The position numbers and the translations under genes were made by a program. A stretch of 63,733 bases of DNA, counting the filler, from Octopus bimaculoides (lineage: Eukaryota), in NCBI RefSeq assembly GCF_001194135.2. It is 6 parts of 6 records of this genome, joined end to end, with 100 filler letters (N's around TTAATTAATTAA, not from the genome) between each part and the next. Parts side by side here need not be neighbours in the genome. Positions count along the whole stretch, not along the records: positions 38,013 to 44,386 come from NC_068996.1; positions 44,487 to 54,290 come from NC_068990.1; 4 more parts are not named here. One strand, given 5' to 3'. Under the pieces are notes generated by a model. That model saw only the letters and a list, made by a program, of their open reading frames with translations. It ran no database searches and was not told where the DNA came from. This document shows positions 38,040-50,267 of the stretch, piece after piece. Position 1 is the stretch's first letter, and each line of letters opens with the position of its first letter.

Positions 38040-39615
38040 TAAATGAAAAGGAAATGGAGATTTACGATTGACACATTTTAATTTGTTAACATAATATTAT
38101 ATTATTATTATTATATTATATAATACTAGCAGTAGTACCCGGCGTTGCGGAAAGATGAGGCCTTACACTTAAGAAAATTTTTTGAGCCCTACCTCGGCTA
38201 CCGCGTTCGCGCAACGCTCTTCTGATTTCAACACCTTACTCCTCAGCCCAGTGCAAATTAGAACCAAACACTTGCGAATGAAGCCATAGAATGAAGCAGG
38301 AAGATAAACAGCGCAGAAATATAACTTTTTGAAAGGCAGCTTGAGTATTGATTTGATTCAAGAGGTTACCAAGGTTATTGCTTTAGCAATGTCATGCCCC
38401 AAACCATCTTTTCTCAAGTGTAAGGCCTCATGTCTCCGCAGTTTCATTGTAGTTTATTAAGACCCATGCAACGCCGGTTAGTACTGCTAGTGAAATGAAT
38501 GAAGGAAGTAGTAAGTACTTACCAGTAGCTTGTGCAGTGCAGAGGCTGTTATTTCTATGTTATTGCTACACATAGAAATCGCTTTCATTTATTGCAATGG
38601 AAAGCCTCAGTGCCAGATGTTTACTGTTATTGGCAGTGGCTATTTTTAGGTCACGTGGGGTCACAATGTGTGTGCACACCATGGTGGAGATTAATTGTTT
38701 ATGCATCGGAGAAGGAATGTGGTCAGTGTTCTGAGAATAACAAAGGCATTTTGTTCGATTGTGAGTTTGTCGAATTGTGCTCAAACAAAGCACAATTTAA
38801 TTAAGTGAACCATACCATGGCATAACACTCGTTGGGTGAAAATGCATTCGTTTACCAAGTTTGGTTTAAATCGACTCAATGGTTCCGGCGCTATGGCCTG
38901 CCTTAAAGTCATTTTTTGAGTCAGTTTTTCCCGTGCTGTGCTCAGACGAAACGGAATTCGAAAAAAAATTATAAGGAAACAAAAAACCTTGGGTAAGAAT
39001 GCATAGGTATGTCAAGTTTGATCAAAATCGGACGACTTTTTGAAAAAATCGATAATTATCGATCGAGTTTTTGCGAAAACCGAACATGGATCGAAGCAGT
39101 TGTTATGACTAAAACATGCCTCGGAACATACCAAATGTATGTCTGAAATTTTAATCGAATCGGTTAGGTGGAACTCGAGTTCCACCTCGAACTTGCATAC
39201 ATACACATACACCCCCCCCCACACACACACACAGTTTCTGTTTTATAGAGATAGATAATATAAATATAAATATGATAATCCTACAATTGTTTTAGTTCAG
39301 ACCCAATAATAAATTTATAAAAATTCGTGTTTATAGGTAAGAATCTCATCAGGGAAATACTTGACAAAAATTGCATATGACTCTGTTCTAGGATCTATGA
39401 ATCGTCTTATGTAATTTTCGTCGAATATTTTCCCTGATGAGATTCTTACCCATTAATATGAATTTTTATAAATTTATTATTGGATCTGAATTGAAACAAT
39501 TGTAGGATTATACTATTTATATCTATATTATATCAGATTTGATTAGATTATAATAATAAAATATTATGTTAATAGATTAAAATGTGTCAATCGTAAATCT
39601 CCATTTTATTTTATT
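38040..39615. mobile_element. Foldback/MITE (~450 bp) interrupted by a Helitron-like insertion
   Basis: The left arm (38040-38124 plus 39256-39380) is the reverse complement of the right arm (~39400-39615), e.g. gagatttacgattgacacattttaat and ggtaagaatctcatcagggaaa. Confidence 0.85.
38126..39255 (-). mobile_element. Non-autonomous Helitron-like element
   Basis: On minus: 5' A|TCTATCTCTATAAAA followed by (GT)n, and 3' ccgcaacgccgggtactactgCTAG|T. Inserted at A|T with no TSD. Internal ccaagtttggtt-aaatcg-type repeats and a 22-bp palindrome at 39166-39187. Confidence 0.75.
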
Positions 39616-39885
39616 ATTGAATATTGAATATATACCCATTTGGATTGTAGAAACGTTTTTCTCTGCTATATGAAACCAGTGAAAAATTGAATCTTTCCAT
39701 CCCTGTAGAGTAGACCGTTTTCCTTGTATTGGATTTTATGTGTATATGTATATATATACATATATGAGATCACATTTAGATATACGACATTACAGGAGAT
39801 TTTTTTCAGGAAGATTACCGCAGTTTACGGCGTTACTAACAACACTTCCAAAATAAGTTGGATGTATAAGTTAATATTCAATACA

Positions 39886-39886
<1 letters not shown>

Positions 39887-39916
<30 letters not shown>

Positions 39917-40000
39917 AAGAAGAAGAAGAAGAAGAAGAAGAAGAAGAAGAAGAAGAAGAAGAAGAAGAAGAAGAAGAAGAAGAAGAAGAAGAAGAAGAAG
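39887..40000. repeat. (GAA)n microsatellite
   Basis: About 38 perfect triplets. Confidence 0.98.
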
Positions 40001-40118
40001 AGTGGAGGAGTCGAAGACCTGCAAAATCCTCTGGGATTCCCCAATTCAAACAGATCAGGTGCTTGGTAATAACAAACCGGACCTAGTGGTGGTCGACAAG
40101 ATGCACCACATTTGCTAT
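40001..40118 (+). pseudogene. R4/Dong-clade restriction-like endonuclease fragment
   Basis: EESKTCKILWDSPIQTDQVLGNNKPDLVVVDK matches the KILWD..IQTD...N(R/K)PD(I/L)VV.DK RLE motif. Confidence 0.8.
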
Positions 40119-40124
40119 GTGTGC

Positions 40125-40330
40125 GTGTGTGTGTGTGTGTGTGTGTTTGTCCCCTCACTATCGTTTGACAACCGATGTTGGTATATTTACGTCCCCGTAA
40201 ATTGGCGGTTCAGCAAAAGGCACCGATAGAATAAGTACTACAAAAAATAAGTCCTGGGGTCGATTTGTTCGACTAAAAAGGTGGTGCTCCAGCATGGCCG
40301 CAGTTAAATAACTAAAACAAGTAAAAGAAT
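40125..40330 (+). mobile_element. SINE family B 3' half
   Basis: (GT)n, gtttgtcccc..ttgacaaccgatgttgg..gaataagtact.., and tail ggtggtgctccagcatggccgcagttaaataactaaaacaagtaaaagaa. Confidence 0.9.
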
Positions 40331-40425
40331 ATATTTGTGTGTGTATGTGTGTGTGTGTGTGTGCGTGTGTGTGTGTGCGTGTGTGTATGCATGTATATGT
40401 ATATCTATCTATCTATCTATCTATA

Positions 40426-40468
<43 letters not shown>

Positions 40469-40559
40469 CTATCTATCTATATTACATTGGTAACGGTTTT
40501 TTTTGGGTTTTTTTGCCATTACAACATAGTTGTTCTATAAAGAACTATGTTATTATGGA

Positions 40560-41795
40560 CCAAGTTTGACTGTCGTTAACTTTAAAGTTTTATCCTGACA
40601 ATTCTTTGTTTATCAACAGTGGAGAGTTACATCATCTCTTTTAGAAATGCAACTAATAGTGTCTGATTATATTGTGAGTTTCATCTTGTAAATCAATGTT
40701 TGTGAACCCAGGGATAGATAAAAAATTCGTGTTGTTAATGAATATGAGTTTCGTCGTGGGACCAGTGCATCCCAGACAATTTGAAACATCAATGAGATGT
40801 TTGGTGAAGATGTGGCGAATGAGCGCGCTGTAGACTGATGGTTGGAGAAGTTCCGATTTGGTGACTTTACTCTTGAAAATTAGCCTCGAGGTAGACCTGA
40901 GACCAAAGTGGATAATGATGAGCTGGAAACTGTAGTGGAAGCGGATACATCTCAAACTACTAGTGAGTTAGCAACGAGGTTTGATGTTTCGATTCCAACT
41001 GTATTGGACCACCTGAAACAAATCGGTAAGCTGGACACGTGGGTACGCATGTACTGAACGAGCATCAAATGACACGATGTCTTGAAATTTGCTGTTCTTT
41101 ACTGTCATGGCATTTAAGTGAACAATTTTTGCATCGTATTGTTACGTGGGATCAAAAATGGATTCTTTTCAACAATAACAAGCTTTCTGCACGCTGGTTG
41201 GATAGAGATGAAGTGCCAAAACACATTCCAGAAAAGAATATTCACCCCCACAAAAAGCTAATAGTATCTGTTTGGTTTTCCAGCACTGGTGTCATCCATT
41301 ACAGCTTCATGAGACCTGGTAAGTCAATTATAGCGGATGCATACATCAACCAATTGGATGAAATGATGAGTGGACTTGCAATTAAACAACCGAGATTGGT
41401 CAATAGAGACAGGCCAATTCTCTTGCAAGACAATGCTTGACTACATGTTACACAAAGAATGCTACTCAAGTTACAAGGACTGAACTTGGAAGTACTGTCA
41501 TCCACCATATTTACCAGACCTTGCACCAACTATCATGTTTTCCAGACATTAGACAACTTTTTGCAAGGAAAAAACTTCAAATCTGAAGAAGAATGCAAAA
41601 ACAGCCTTTCGTGATTTCATCACCTCTTGCTCTCCAGAATTCTTCGTTGTCGGCATAAAGAAGCTACCGATAGAATGGCAAAATTGTGTTGATAATTTAG
41701 GTGCATACTTTGATAAACTGCATTGCTATTTATTGGGTTAAAGTGAAATAAACTTTCATTTCAAAATCGGACATTTCATTCTTAATGATCTGATA
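40560..41795 (+). mobile_element. Near-full-length defective mariner (DD34D, cecropia/Hsmar1-like); transposase pseudogene ~40716-41716
   Basis: YEFRRGT, RGRPETKVDNDEL, WV(P)HVLNE, IVTWDQKW, LLQDNA*, HPPYLPDLAPT, and WQNCVDNLGAYFD. A putative right TIR ends ..cttaatgatctga|TA at 41795; the left TIR was not found. Confidence 0.92.
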
Positions 41796-43555
41796 CTTTT
41801 AAACCCCAAGAAACGTCTTTTCCAGCTGGTTAACGACACACAACCTGTGTCCGATATATTGTGAGTAAAGGAGTGAGTCACTCCCCTCCAGCTTGACAAG
41901 ACCAGTAGATCAAGGTTTCTGGGTCTTTACCCTTCATCGGTACTGGACACCTGCCTGCTAGAGATGGCAGTCAATCGTCCCTACTCACAATATATAAACA
42001 TTTCATTTCTCGAATGAAACCCACAGCTATTGTGGATGTTTCGGTTTATTCTTCTAGATGTGGTCATTCTCATTATCAGATTCGTTCTTGTTATTCGTGG
42101 CGGTGATGGTGTTGATGTTGTTGTTGAAATAAGTAATTGCATTGATGGTATTGGTGGTGGTGGGGGTTCGCAGTGGTGGTTGTTACCGATGGCATCGTGT
42201 CTTGTTGTTATCATCATCGGTTGTAGTTATCTTTCCTTTTTGTTATTTGTCATCGTTGTTGGTGTTGTTGTTAATGACGACTATTAGTATCAAGATAAGC
42301 AAAACTGAATGAAATAAATGAAAGGAGAAAGGGAGAGTGAGAGTATGTTTGTGTGTGTGAGAGAGAGAGGGAGAGAGAAAGGGAGAGTGAGAGTGTGTGT
42401 GAGGGAGAGAGAAAGGGAGAGAAAAAGGGAGAGAAGTAATAGAAAAAAAAACGAGATTAAAAAGATTAAGAAAGATAAAGAAAGATGCAGAAGAGAACGA
42501 ACGAAAACCAGAAAAAGAAAACAAGAAGCAAAAGAAAACAAAAAATAATAAGTAAATAAAAACTACAAGAAGCAGAAAATGTAGCAGAAAGAAGGACGTC
42601 GTTGTCCATGGAATCGTAATTATGTAAATACAATATTTTAGGGATCTCTTGCTTTAATCTTGCTGAGTATCCGTGCGAGATTTTATTTGTTTGTTTATCC
42701 GCCAGACTCCATTTTATATTTTTTATTTATTTATTTATTTTTTGGGTGTATGTGCGTGTATCTGTGGGCGTATGTCTGCGGGTCAATGTTTCATTGAGTT
42801 TTTTTTTTGTTGTTGTTGTTTTGTGTGTTTTATTTGTAATTTATATGTTCCATATGCTGATTTCAGTCAGTGATTAAAAGGCAGTTAAGAGGATATAATT
42901 AGATTCCATGGCTCAACCGTACGAGACACAATTGAGGACTGACTGATCTCCATAGCATTCTGGTCATTTAAAAAAAAACAAAAAAAAAACCTTCCCCTTT
43001 CCACGCTCCTCGCTCCTCTCACCGCCACCACCACTGCCAACGCCAACAGCACCACCATCGCACAGGAACAGAAAAGCAAGGAATGCGCTTTAGAGTTCGG
43101 CACTTAAAATAGATAAATAAATAAATAAATAAATAAATAAGCAATATACTAAGATCATTGNNNNNNNNNNNNNNNNNNNNNNNNNNNNNNNNNNNNNNNN
43201 NNNNNNNNNNNNNNNNNNNNNNNNNNNNNNNNNNNNNNNNNNNNNNNNNNNNNNNNNNNNNNNNNNNNNNNNNNNNNNNNNNNNNNNNNNNNNNNNNNNN
43301 NNNNNNNNNNNNNNNNNNNNNNNNNNNNNNNNNNNNNNNNNNNNNNNNNNNNNNNNNNNNNNNNNNNNNNNNNNNNNNNNNNNNNNNTCTTTCTCTTTCT
43401 AACTCATTTTACTCTTTTTTTTGTATTTCTCACTGTCTCACAGCGTTCTCGTACAAAAACATTCTTATGTAGATACATACAAAGAGGAAGAAACACATTA
43501 ACATATGCCCATGCGATTGAGTGCATGTATGTGTGTGTGTGTGTCTGTGTATACG

Positions 43556-43609
<54 letters not shown>

Positions 43610-44189
43610 GACAGAAAGAGAGACACACAAACAGCTACAAGCAGATCGATAAGCGAAAAGAGAAACCGGTGGGAAGGAGACAGAGAGCTTATAAACCATC
43701 ATTCATATACAGACATATGAACAAATAAACATTCTACAACTAACTCAGCATATTGAGCAGAAATTAATCACTTATTTCGTATGTTATTATCATTATTTTC
43801 TCTGCAGTTTATTTATTTATTGTTTCGGCGAACAAACCACATCAATAAGCTTACAATTCCTCTATTTTTCAATCTTTATAAACACCCATTTTTTTCCCTC
43901 CTATCTGCCAATATCTGAATAACTGAGAAAATAACATTATTATTTTCCCCTACTTCAACGTGGTGCGTGGACAGAGTCGGCAAAACGGTCAAACGAAGTC
44001 TGTGGTATTTAGTAGCATGTGTTTATGTTTTGAGGTCAATGTTTTGTTTTGTTTTTTGTTTTTTGTTTTTTTGTTTTTTTTTACCTTCAATCCGCTTCTC
44101 AGGTTCGATAAACTCACTACAGGAGGTGATTCAATCAACTATGTCCTCGTTCTCTCTCTCTTTGCTCCGTTTTTTCTTCTTTCTGCGGT

Positions 44190-44343
44190 TGTGTAGTTGT
44201 ATGATAAGAAGTTTAGTTCCCAACCGAACGGTTTTGGGTTCAGGCCCACTGCATAACACCTTGGCCAAGTATCTTCTACTATAGCCTCGGGTCAACCAAA
44301 GCCTTTTGAATAGATTTAGTAGATGGAAATTGAAAGAAGCCCG

Positions 44344-44346
<3 letters not shown>
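44190..44346 (+). mobile_element. SINE family B head plus CORE-like domain
   Basis: gataagaagtttagttcccaacc..ggttcaggcccactgc..caccttggccaagtatcttctactatagcctcggg..gaagcccgtc, then (AT)n and a gap. Confidence 0.85.
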
Positions 44347-44386
<40 letters not shown>

Positions 44387-44430
44387 NNNNNNNNNNNNNN
44401 NNNNNNNNNNNNNNNNNNNNNNNNNNNNNN

Positions 44431-44442
44431 TTAATTAATTAA
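44431..44442. other. Assembly gap linker TTAATTAATTAA
   Basis: Flanked by 44 N on each side. Confidence 0.97.
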
Positions 44443-44549
44443 NNNNNNNNNNNNNNNNNNNNNNNNNNNNNNNNNNNNNNNNNNNNTTTCACAAGTCCCT
44501 CTTTTGTTTGGAGCTGTAGCACTGTCTGCTATTTGTTCATTGAGTGCCT

Positions 44550-44554
44550 TATGT

Positions 44555-44651
<97 letters not shown>

Positions 44652-44693
44652 CATCATCATTATCATCATTATTATTATTATTATTATTGTTAA

Positions 44694-44754
<61 letters not shown>

Positions 44755-44755
44755 T
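44550..44755. repeat. (ATT)n microsatellite
   Basis: Directly visible; lies at the 3' end of the minus-strand R4-like fragment. Confidence 0.95.
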
Positions 44756-44759
44756 AAAA

Positions 44760-44974
44760 CATCATTATTTAAGACATCGCATAGTATCCAATTTCCTGAT
44801 GTTGTTGATTAACGATATTGTGTCTACCAAGGGTCTGTACTGTCTCTCAAGTCATAACAAGGACCTCAGACAGACAACACTTTATACAATATGCGTCCAG
44901 TTCCAAATAATGCCGACTTTTGCGATACGCCAAGATTGTAGGGTATTTCTAAAGTTTCCAGATATTTTTTCGGG
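44760..44974 (-). mobile_element. 5'-truncated R4/Dong-clade element (ORF C-terminus plus 3' UTR)
   Basis: Minus frame PKKYLETLEIPYNLGVSQKSALFGTGRILYKVLSV* (stop at 44866-68). Confidence 0.78.
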
Positions 44975-45003
44975 TTATTGTTATTATTATCTCTTTTTTT
45001 TTT

Positions 45004-45292
45004 ATCACAGGTTTTGTTGAAACTCTTCGAGTCTTACATGCATAGTGGCCTAATACCTGTAGCCTACAGTACTATGCTATCCGTTCTTTTCAGCTGTCTA
45101 ATACTTTCCTGGTTATCCTGGCCGTGCCAAGGAGGCAAACCTTTTGTAACAGTTCAACTGGTCACTCCATTCCAATATCCTTGATATTCCACTTGAGGCC
45201 TTCTGATACTGTCCCCCAAGGACCCAACAATAATTTGCACTCTCTTCACCTTCTTCATTTTCCATAGCCACGTTATTTCGTACCTAAGAGGG

Positions 45293-45294
<2 letters not shown>
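45004..45294 (-). mobile_element. 5'-truncated R4/Dong-clade element, second family
   Basis: Minus: PLRYEITWLWKMKKV..IIVGSLG / TVSEGL..IG..VELLQKVCLLGTARITRKVLDS* (stop at 45090-92). Confidence 0.82.
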
Positions 45295-45545
<251 letters not shown>

Positions 45546-45608
45546 TTATATTTAAGACCGCAAGCTGGCAAGAAATGTTAGCTCGCTCGGCAAAACGTTT
45601 TCTGTATG

Positions 45609-45641
<33 letters not shown>

Positions 45642-46205
45642 GGGGTATATGCACTTGCTCCTCTTTTTGTTTAGCCCCAGCTGTGATCATCACCTAATTT
45701 CATTTTCCAAGTACTACTATATCCTATGTGCCCAACTGTTATTTTAAGACAGTAGTAAAAGAGAAATTTTAGAAAAATTTGGTTGATATTTTCGAAACAC
45801 TTTGCTACTTTGTTGAAAGTTCCCTTGTTTGCTCATCTCCTCGAAGTCGATGTTGTATATATATATNNNNNNNNNNNNNNNNNNNNNNNNNNNNNNNNNN
45901 NNNNNNNNNNNNNNNNNNNNNNNNNNNNNNNNNNNNNNNNNNNNNNNNNNNNNNNNNNNNNNNNNNNNNNNNNNNNNNNNNNNNNNNNNNNNNNNNNNNN
46001 NNNNNNNNNNNNNNNNNNNNNNNNNNNNNNNNNNNNNNNNNNNNNNNNNNNNNNNNNNNNNNNNNNNNNNNNNNNNNNNNNNNNNNNNNNNNNNNNNNNN
46101 NNNNNNNNNNNNNNNNNNNNNNNNNNNNNNNNNNNNNNNNNNNNNNNNNNNNNNNNNNNNNNNNNNNNNNNNNNNNNNNNNNNNNNNNNNNNNNNNNNNN
46201 NNNNN

Positions 46206-46253
<48 letters not shown>

Positions 46254-47332
46254 GTCGCTATTGTGTTAAAATGTCGTGTGTCAAAATTCGGTCAAATTCG
46301 TTTTCTTTTTTTTCAATATTTAATTTTGCTTGCGATAGCCGGTTATTTTGGTCAAACTATCGTATCTCCAGCCGCTTCAGATGAACATTGAGAAAGCAAC
46401 AATGCAAGTTATGAAGAAAGGAAACAGAACATTTTTTTAAAATTTTAAATTCATATTTTTACGCTACATTTCGACTTAAAACACGCTATAACCATGAATA
46501 GAAAAGATTATTGTGTACTTATGACCTGGAGAGACAAGTTGGCATTCAACACTGGAGCTGTGACATACGTAGCTTGCCAGTGTTAAATCAAACCATCTCA
46601 TTCGTGCGTCTCTTGTCTGTTGTTGAGGACAGGTTTTAATTTTTTAATAAGGGTGTTCTCATAAAATTTCAGATTACGATATTCCTTAACCTGGCCTTGC
46701 AGATGACCAAATACTTTATTTAAGCTCATAAATGTTCATATGCATATATCCTTTCATTTACTTCTGTAGGTGGTGGATAGCCATAACTGATATAAAATAT
46801 GACGCATTTAGCACGTATGACGTAGAATTTAAAATCTCTTATTTCTTCTATCACTTAGCCGTTTCACCCTTAAAGTTTTATGCTGTCACTCACCAATTAC
46901 ATTGAAGTCTACCTTGATTTGCATATCAAGTATAACTGGGATTTCTTCTCATATTTAAGTGAATGAAAAGCCTGATACGTTAATTTACCTTCTATTTTTG
47001 CCTACTGCACAGGAGAAAAATGCATTCCACTTATCTTTTCATAGTTATGGTTTTAATAACCTGAATATCGACATTTTGGGTAAAAGTGTGGACATTTTTG
47101 TTATAACTATCTAATTTCTAAATGACATGTCCGCAAGAGGAAGAAAATATTGGTCTTCTTATACATGCATTGAAATATATACATCGTCCCGAGGAAGAGC
47201 TAGTTTTTTTACTCGAGGGGCTGCCGAAACTACCATGAAAATCTAAAAAGGAAAAATAAAAGCAATAAGCATATTCGTAGCTGTATAGTAAATTCCCTGC
47301 TTTGCAACCATGTGGTCTTGCGAGGACATTTG

Positions 47333-47410
<78 letters not shown>

Positions 47411-47474
47411 ACACACACACACGCATATGAAAAAACTACAAACGTGCATCAAACTTTCAAAATTTTCTTACATA

Positions 47475-47510
<36 letters not shown>

Positions 47511-47589
47511 TATATATAGGAAAAATACTAAAATGTTGAAAATGCACCAGACGTTATATTCTATATATGTAATCTTTTCTACTCTAAGC

Positions 47590-47667
47590 ACAAGGATCGA
47601 AATTTGGGAGGCAGGGGGCCAGTCGATTAGATCGACCCCAGTACGCAACTGGTACTTAATTTATCGA
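47590..47667 (-). mobile_element. SINE family A 3' fragment
   Basis: The reverse complement reads tcgataaattaagtaccagttgcgtactggggtcgatctaatcgactggccccctgcctcccaaatttcga. Confidence 0.88.
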
Positions 47668-47966
47668 TGTTTGTGGTAGTTTTGGTGAAGCGTTGGGAGG
47701 TATAACACATACACACATCTGAACAACAATCTTTTTCCAACCACTACTTTTCCGAATGTCGTGAAGAAGAGGTTTTCACCCCAAAATATAGAAATACAAG
47801 GTAAAATTCCAACTTTGTTCCGTTTTCTTTTCCTTTTGTAGTTTACTTTGTACCTTCTCGGATTATTTCGGCTTTACACAGCTATATTCTCTAAAATGTA
47901 TGTATATATACGTATACATATATACAAACACACATATATGTGTGAATGGTTATAGAATAAATATTT

Positions 47967-48320
47967 CAGTTAAGTAAACTTTCAACATGGTCTGGTTTTC
48001 ACGTTTGTATCACTGTATTTAAATATTTATATATTTTTACAATGCTGAAGTGAGTCAAACATCAAAAAAAATTTTTTTAATGCTCATAATGTTTAATTAG
48101 CGCTTTCACACATCTATTTTGTGTCACCAGATTTTGACATGTATTTAACTGGCATTTTGAAATCTGATGATTAGTATGAACGTATGAAAGAGCTAATTAA
48201 ACTTTATGAAAATTTTTAAAATGTTGTTTTTAATGTTCAACACACTTCAAGAACGTATTTTTTTAAAAATACAATAATAAAAGCGTGAAAATCAAACCAT
48301 GTTGTAACTTTATGCAACTG
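47967..48320. mobile_element. Foldback MITE (~354 bp, ~145-bp arms)
   Basis: CAGTT..AACTG termini. caacatggtctggttttcacg pairs with cgtgaaaatcaaaccatgttg, and gtttaattagcgctttc pairs with gaaagagctaattaaac. No clear TSD. Confidence 0.82.
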
Positions 48321-48381
48321 TTCTTTTTTATATACATATAGATATAGCGGCGTACGTACACCTTGGTCTCTAATGTGTAAG

Positions 48382-48451
<70 letters not shown>

Positions 48452-48695
48452 AATTCAAAAAAGGATAAAACTCTTTTACAAGAATTTTATCAAGAAGCCA
48501 GTGTGTAAAAAAATTCATAAGGGAAATTTCTATTCCCAAGAANNNNNNNNNNNNNNNNNNNNNNNNNNNNNNNNNNNNNNNNNNNNNNNNNNNNNNNNNN
48601 NNNNNNNNNNNNNNNNNNNNNNNNNNNNNNNNNNNNNNNNNNNNNNNNNNNNNNNNNNNNNNNNNNNNNNNNNNNNNNNNNNNNNNNNNNNNNNN

Positions 48696-48742
<47 letters not shown>

Positions 48743-48984
48743 TTAAACTTTGTACGATTCTCTTATTCTTTCATTCTTTCTTTCTTTCTTTCTATCAGCC
48801 CCTTCACACTTACTTCCTTCTTTCCACTCTTCTTTCTTTCGCTACACCTCTCTCACATTTCATGGCCTTCCCTTCATTCTTGCCTTCTCTCGTCTTTCAT
48901 TTCACTCTGTTCCTTTTCTTTTTTTTCTCGTCCCTTCCTAATTTTTCTATCCCTCTGCATCTACCTCTCTCCTCTCCTTCCATG

Positions 48985-49370
48985 TGACCGGTGTTCGGCC
49001 AAGACTGGACTTTCTTTCTTGGTTCGACTACCATCCGTGCAACATCTATATTCCTTCCCATGCCTGTCATCTCTTATGTCCCTGCTTCACTTCCACACAC
49101 GCCAGCTTAATTTTATATCCTGTTGTTTGCATTTGTATCTGTGTACCATTTCTCTGTTTTATTTTCGTCTTTATTTTCGTATACATTCGCTGCTTTCCTC
49201 CAAGGAATCTAGTGCACCTAGCTTAGATTTTCCTTGGGGCTAGCCAGATTGGAGCAGTCTCGAGTATAGCCAGCCGAAACTGCAAAGATAATCTGGAACT
49301 CGACTGAGGAAAGAAAACTCCGAATGATCCTGTATCATCTAACTGTCTGAATGTTTTGCGTTCTTGTCCT
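48985..49370. mobile_element. Interspersed repeat, possibly a Penelope-like terminal region
   Basis: GC-richer block with gccgaaac and ctgagga motifs and an IR ccagatt/aatctgg. The family assignment is tentative. Confidence 0.35.
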
Positions 49371-49384
49371 ATTTTTTGTATTCT

Positions 49385-49419
<35 letters not shown>

Positions 49420-49675
49420 NNNNNNNNNNNNNNNNNNNNNNNNNNNNNNNNNNNNNNNNNNNNNNNNNNNNNNNNNNNNNNNNNNNNNNNNNNNNNNNNN
49501 NNNNNNNNNNNNNNNNNNNNNNNNNNNNNNNNNNNNNNNNNNNNNNNNNNNNNNNNNNNNNNNNNNNNNNNNNNNNNNNNNNNNNNNNNNNNNNNNNNNN
49601 NNNNNNNNNNNNNNNNNNNNNNNNNNNNNNNNNNNNNNNNNNNNNNNNNNNNNNNNNNNNNNNNNNNNNNNNNNN

Positions 49676-49692
49676 CGACGCTCTTCCGATCT
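49676..49692 (+). other. Illumina adapter sequence (assembly contamination)
   Basis: CGACGCTCTTCCGATCT is the 3' 17 nt of the Illumina read-1 primer/adapter, located exactly at a contig start after a gap. Confidence 0.93.
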
Positions 49693-50158
49693 ATGAAGCA
49701 TACACGAAGCATATATGATGATTACAGTGAGTGAGGTGTGCACAGAATTATGCATACAGTTGAGACATAACAGTCTTTTTACCAGTGCACCACCATTGAC
49801 TGAAACCATCCGAGGCCGAATGAACTTGGGGTTTACACCAGACTAACCTTCTCCAGACGAATAGTGTAATAATAGTTAGGTTGATCTTGCTCCTTTACCA
49901 TAATGAGTATTATTATGTCCCCACACAACCATTAGTTAGTCATTCATCCTACTTTGGTTTCATCAGTTTATTTTGACACGTATTGTAATACACACGTAGA
50001 CACACACACACACACACTCACGCACATACACACACATATAGTATTAATTAATAGGAGATGGATTTCATATTAGACCTTTATTAGGTACAACATATGTAGA
50101 GAGAGAGGGGGGAGAAATAAGAGAGAGAGAGAGAAATAAAAGAGAGACAGACAGAGAC

Positions 50159-50212
<54 letters not shown>

Positions 50213-50267
50213 CCATACAGCCACAGACACATACACAGTCACATTCACGCATATTCACACAGATATA

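Noticed and set aside
49235-49330. ctgagga..ctccgaa and gccgaaac ribozyme-like motifs
   Set aside because: I could not build a complete catalytic core with paired stems.
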